NCBI GenBank assembly: GCA_036172245.1
Contig: JAYWIR010000011.1
Coordinates: 372,001 to 436,000, forward strand
Direction of reading: 5' to 3'
Length of the DNA: 64,000 bases
Origin: Raillietiella orientalis
Lineage: Eukaryota
In this document: positions 63,931 through 64,000 of the stretch, piece after piece
Layout of the letters: each line of letters opens with the position of its first letter
Position numbering within the stretch: position 1 is the first letter of the stretch
The notes under the pieces: generated by a model
What the model was told of the DNA's origin: nothing
Databases searched by the model: none
Seen by the model: the letters and a program-made list of their open reading frames with translations, nothing else
Translations under genes and position numbers: made by a program

Positions 63931-64000
63931 GTCCTGCCCTTGCCCCTTGCCCCGGGCGCACGTGCGCGCGGGAGCCCCGTCCCCTCCGAGGCGACCCTCG

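Noticed and set aside
1..64000. Numerous G-runs and potential G-quadruplexes
   Set aside because: Ubiquitous at this composition; none stands out specifically.

Overview
Eukaryotic genomic DNA, most likely from an arthropod (inferred from the Polyhomeotic sequence and its short GT-AG introns). It holds two intron-containing genes on the minus strand. (1) A complete polyhomeotic/PHC gene: 10 coding exons at 47607-43645, 838 aa, with poly-Q, HD1, FCS zinc finger and SAM domains. It has a probable spliced, uORF-rich 5' leader. Upstream are GA microsatellites, inverted homopolymer hairpins and a duplicated ~110-bp module carrying YY1/Pho and GC-box motifs (PRE-like). (2) An unnamed low-complexity protein gene, with exons at 27389-26882 and 25066-23667 and an unresolved 3' end. 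It carries PP1-docking-type motifs (RVxF, SILK) and is preceded by a duplicated CRE/E-box module and a (CCG)11 tract. Most of the rest (about 1-42 kb and 59.8-64 kb) is very GC-rich, CpG-rich, heavily decayed retroelement DNA, mainly L1/Tx1-like LINE remnants plus possible LTR gag remnants. The many long ORFs there are artefacts. A ~99-nt tRNA-like cloverleaf with an abnormal D-arm lies at 59511-59609. All calls were made by eye; no database searches were run.
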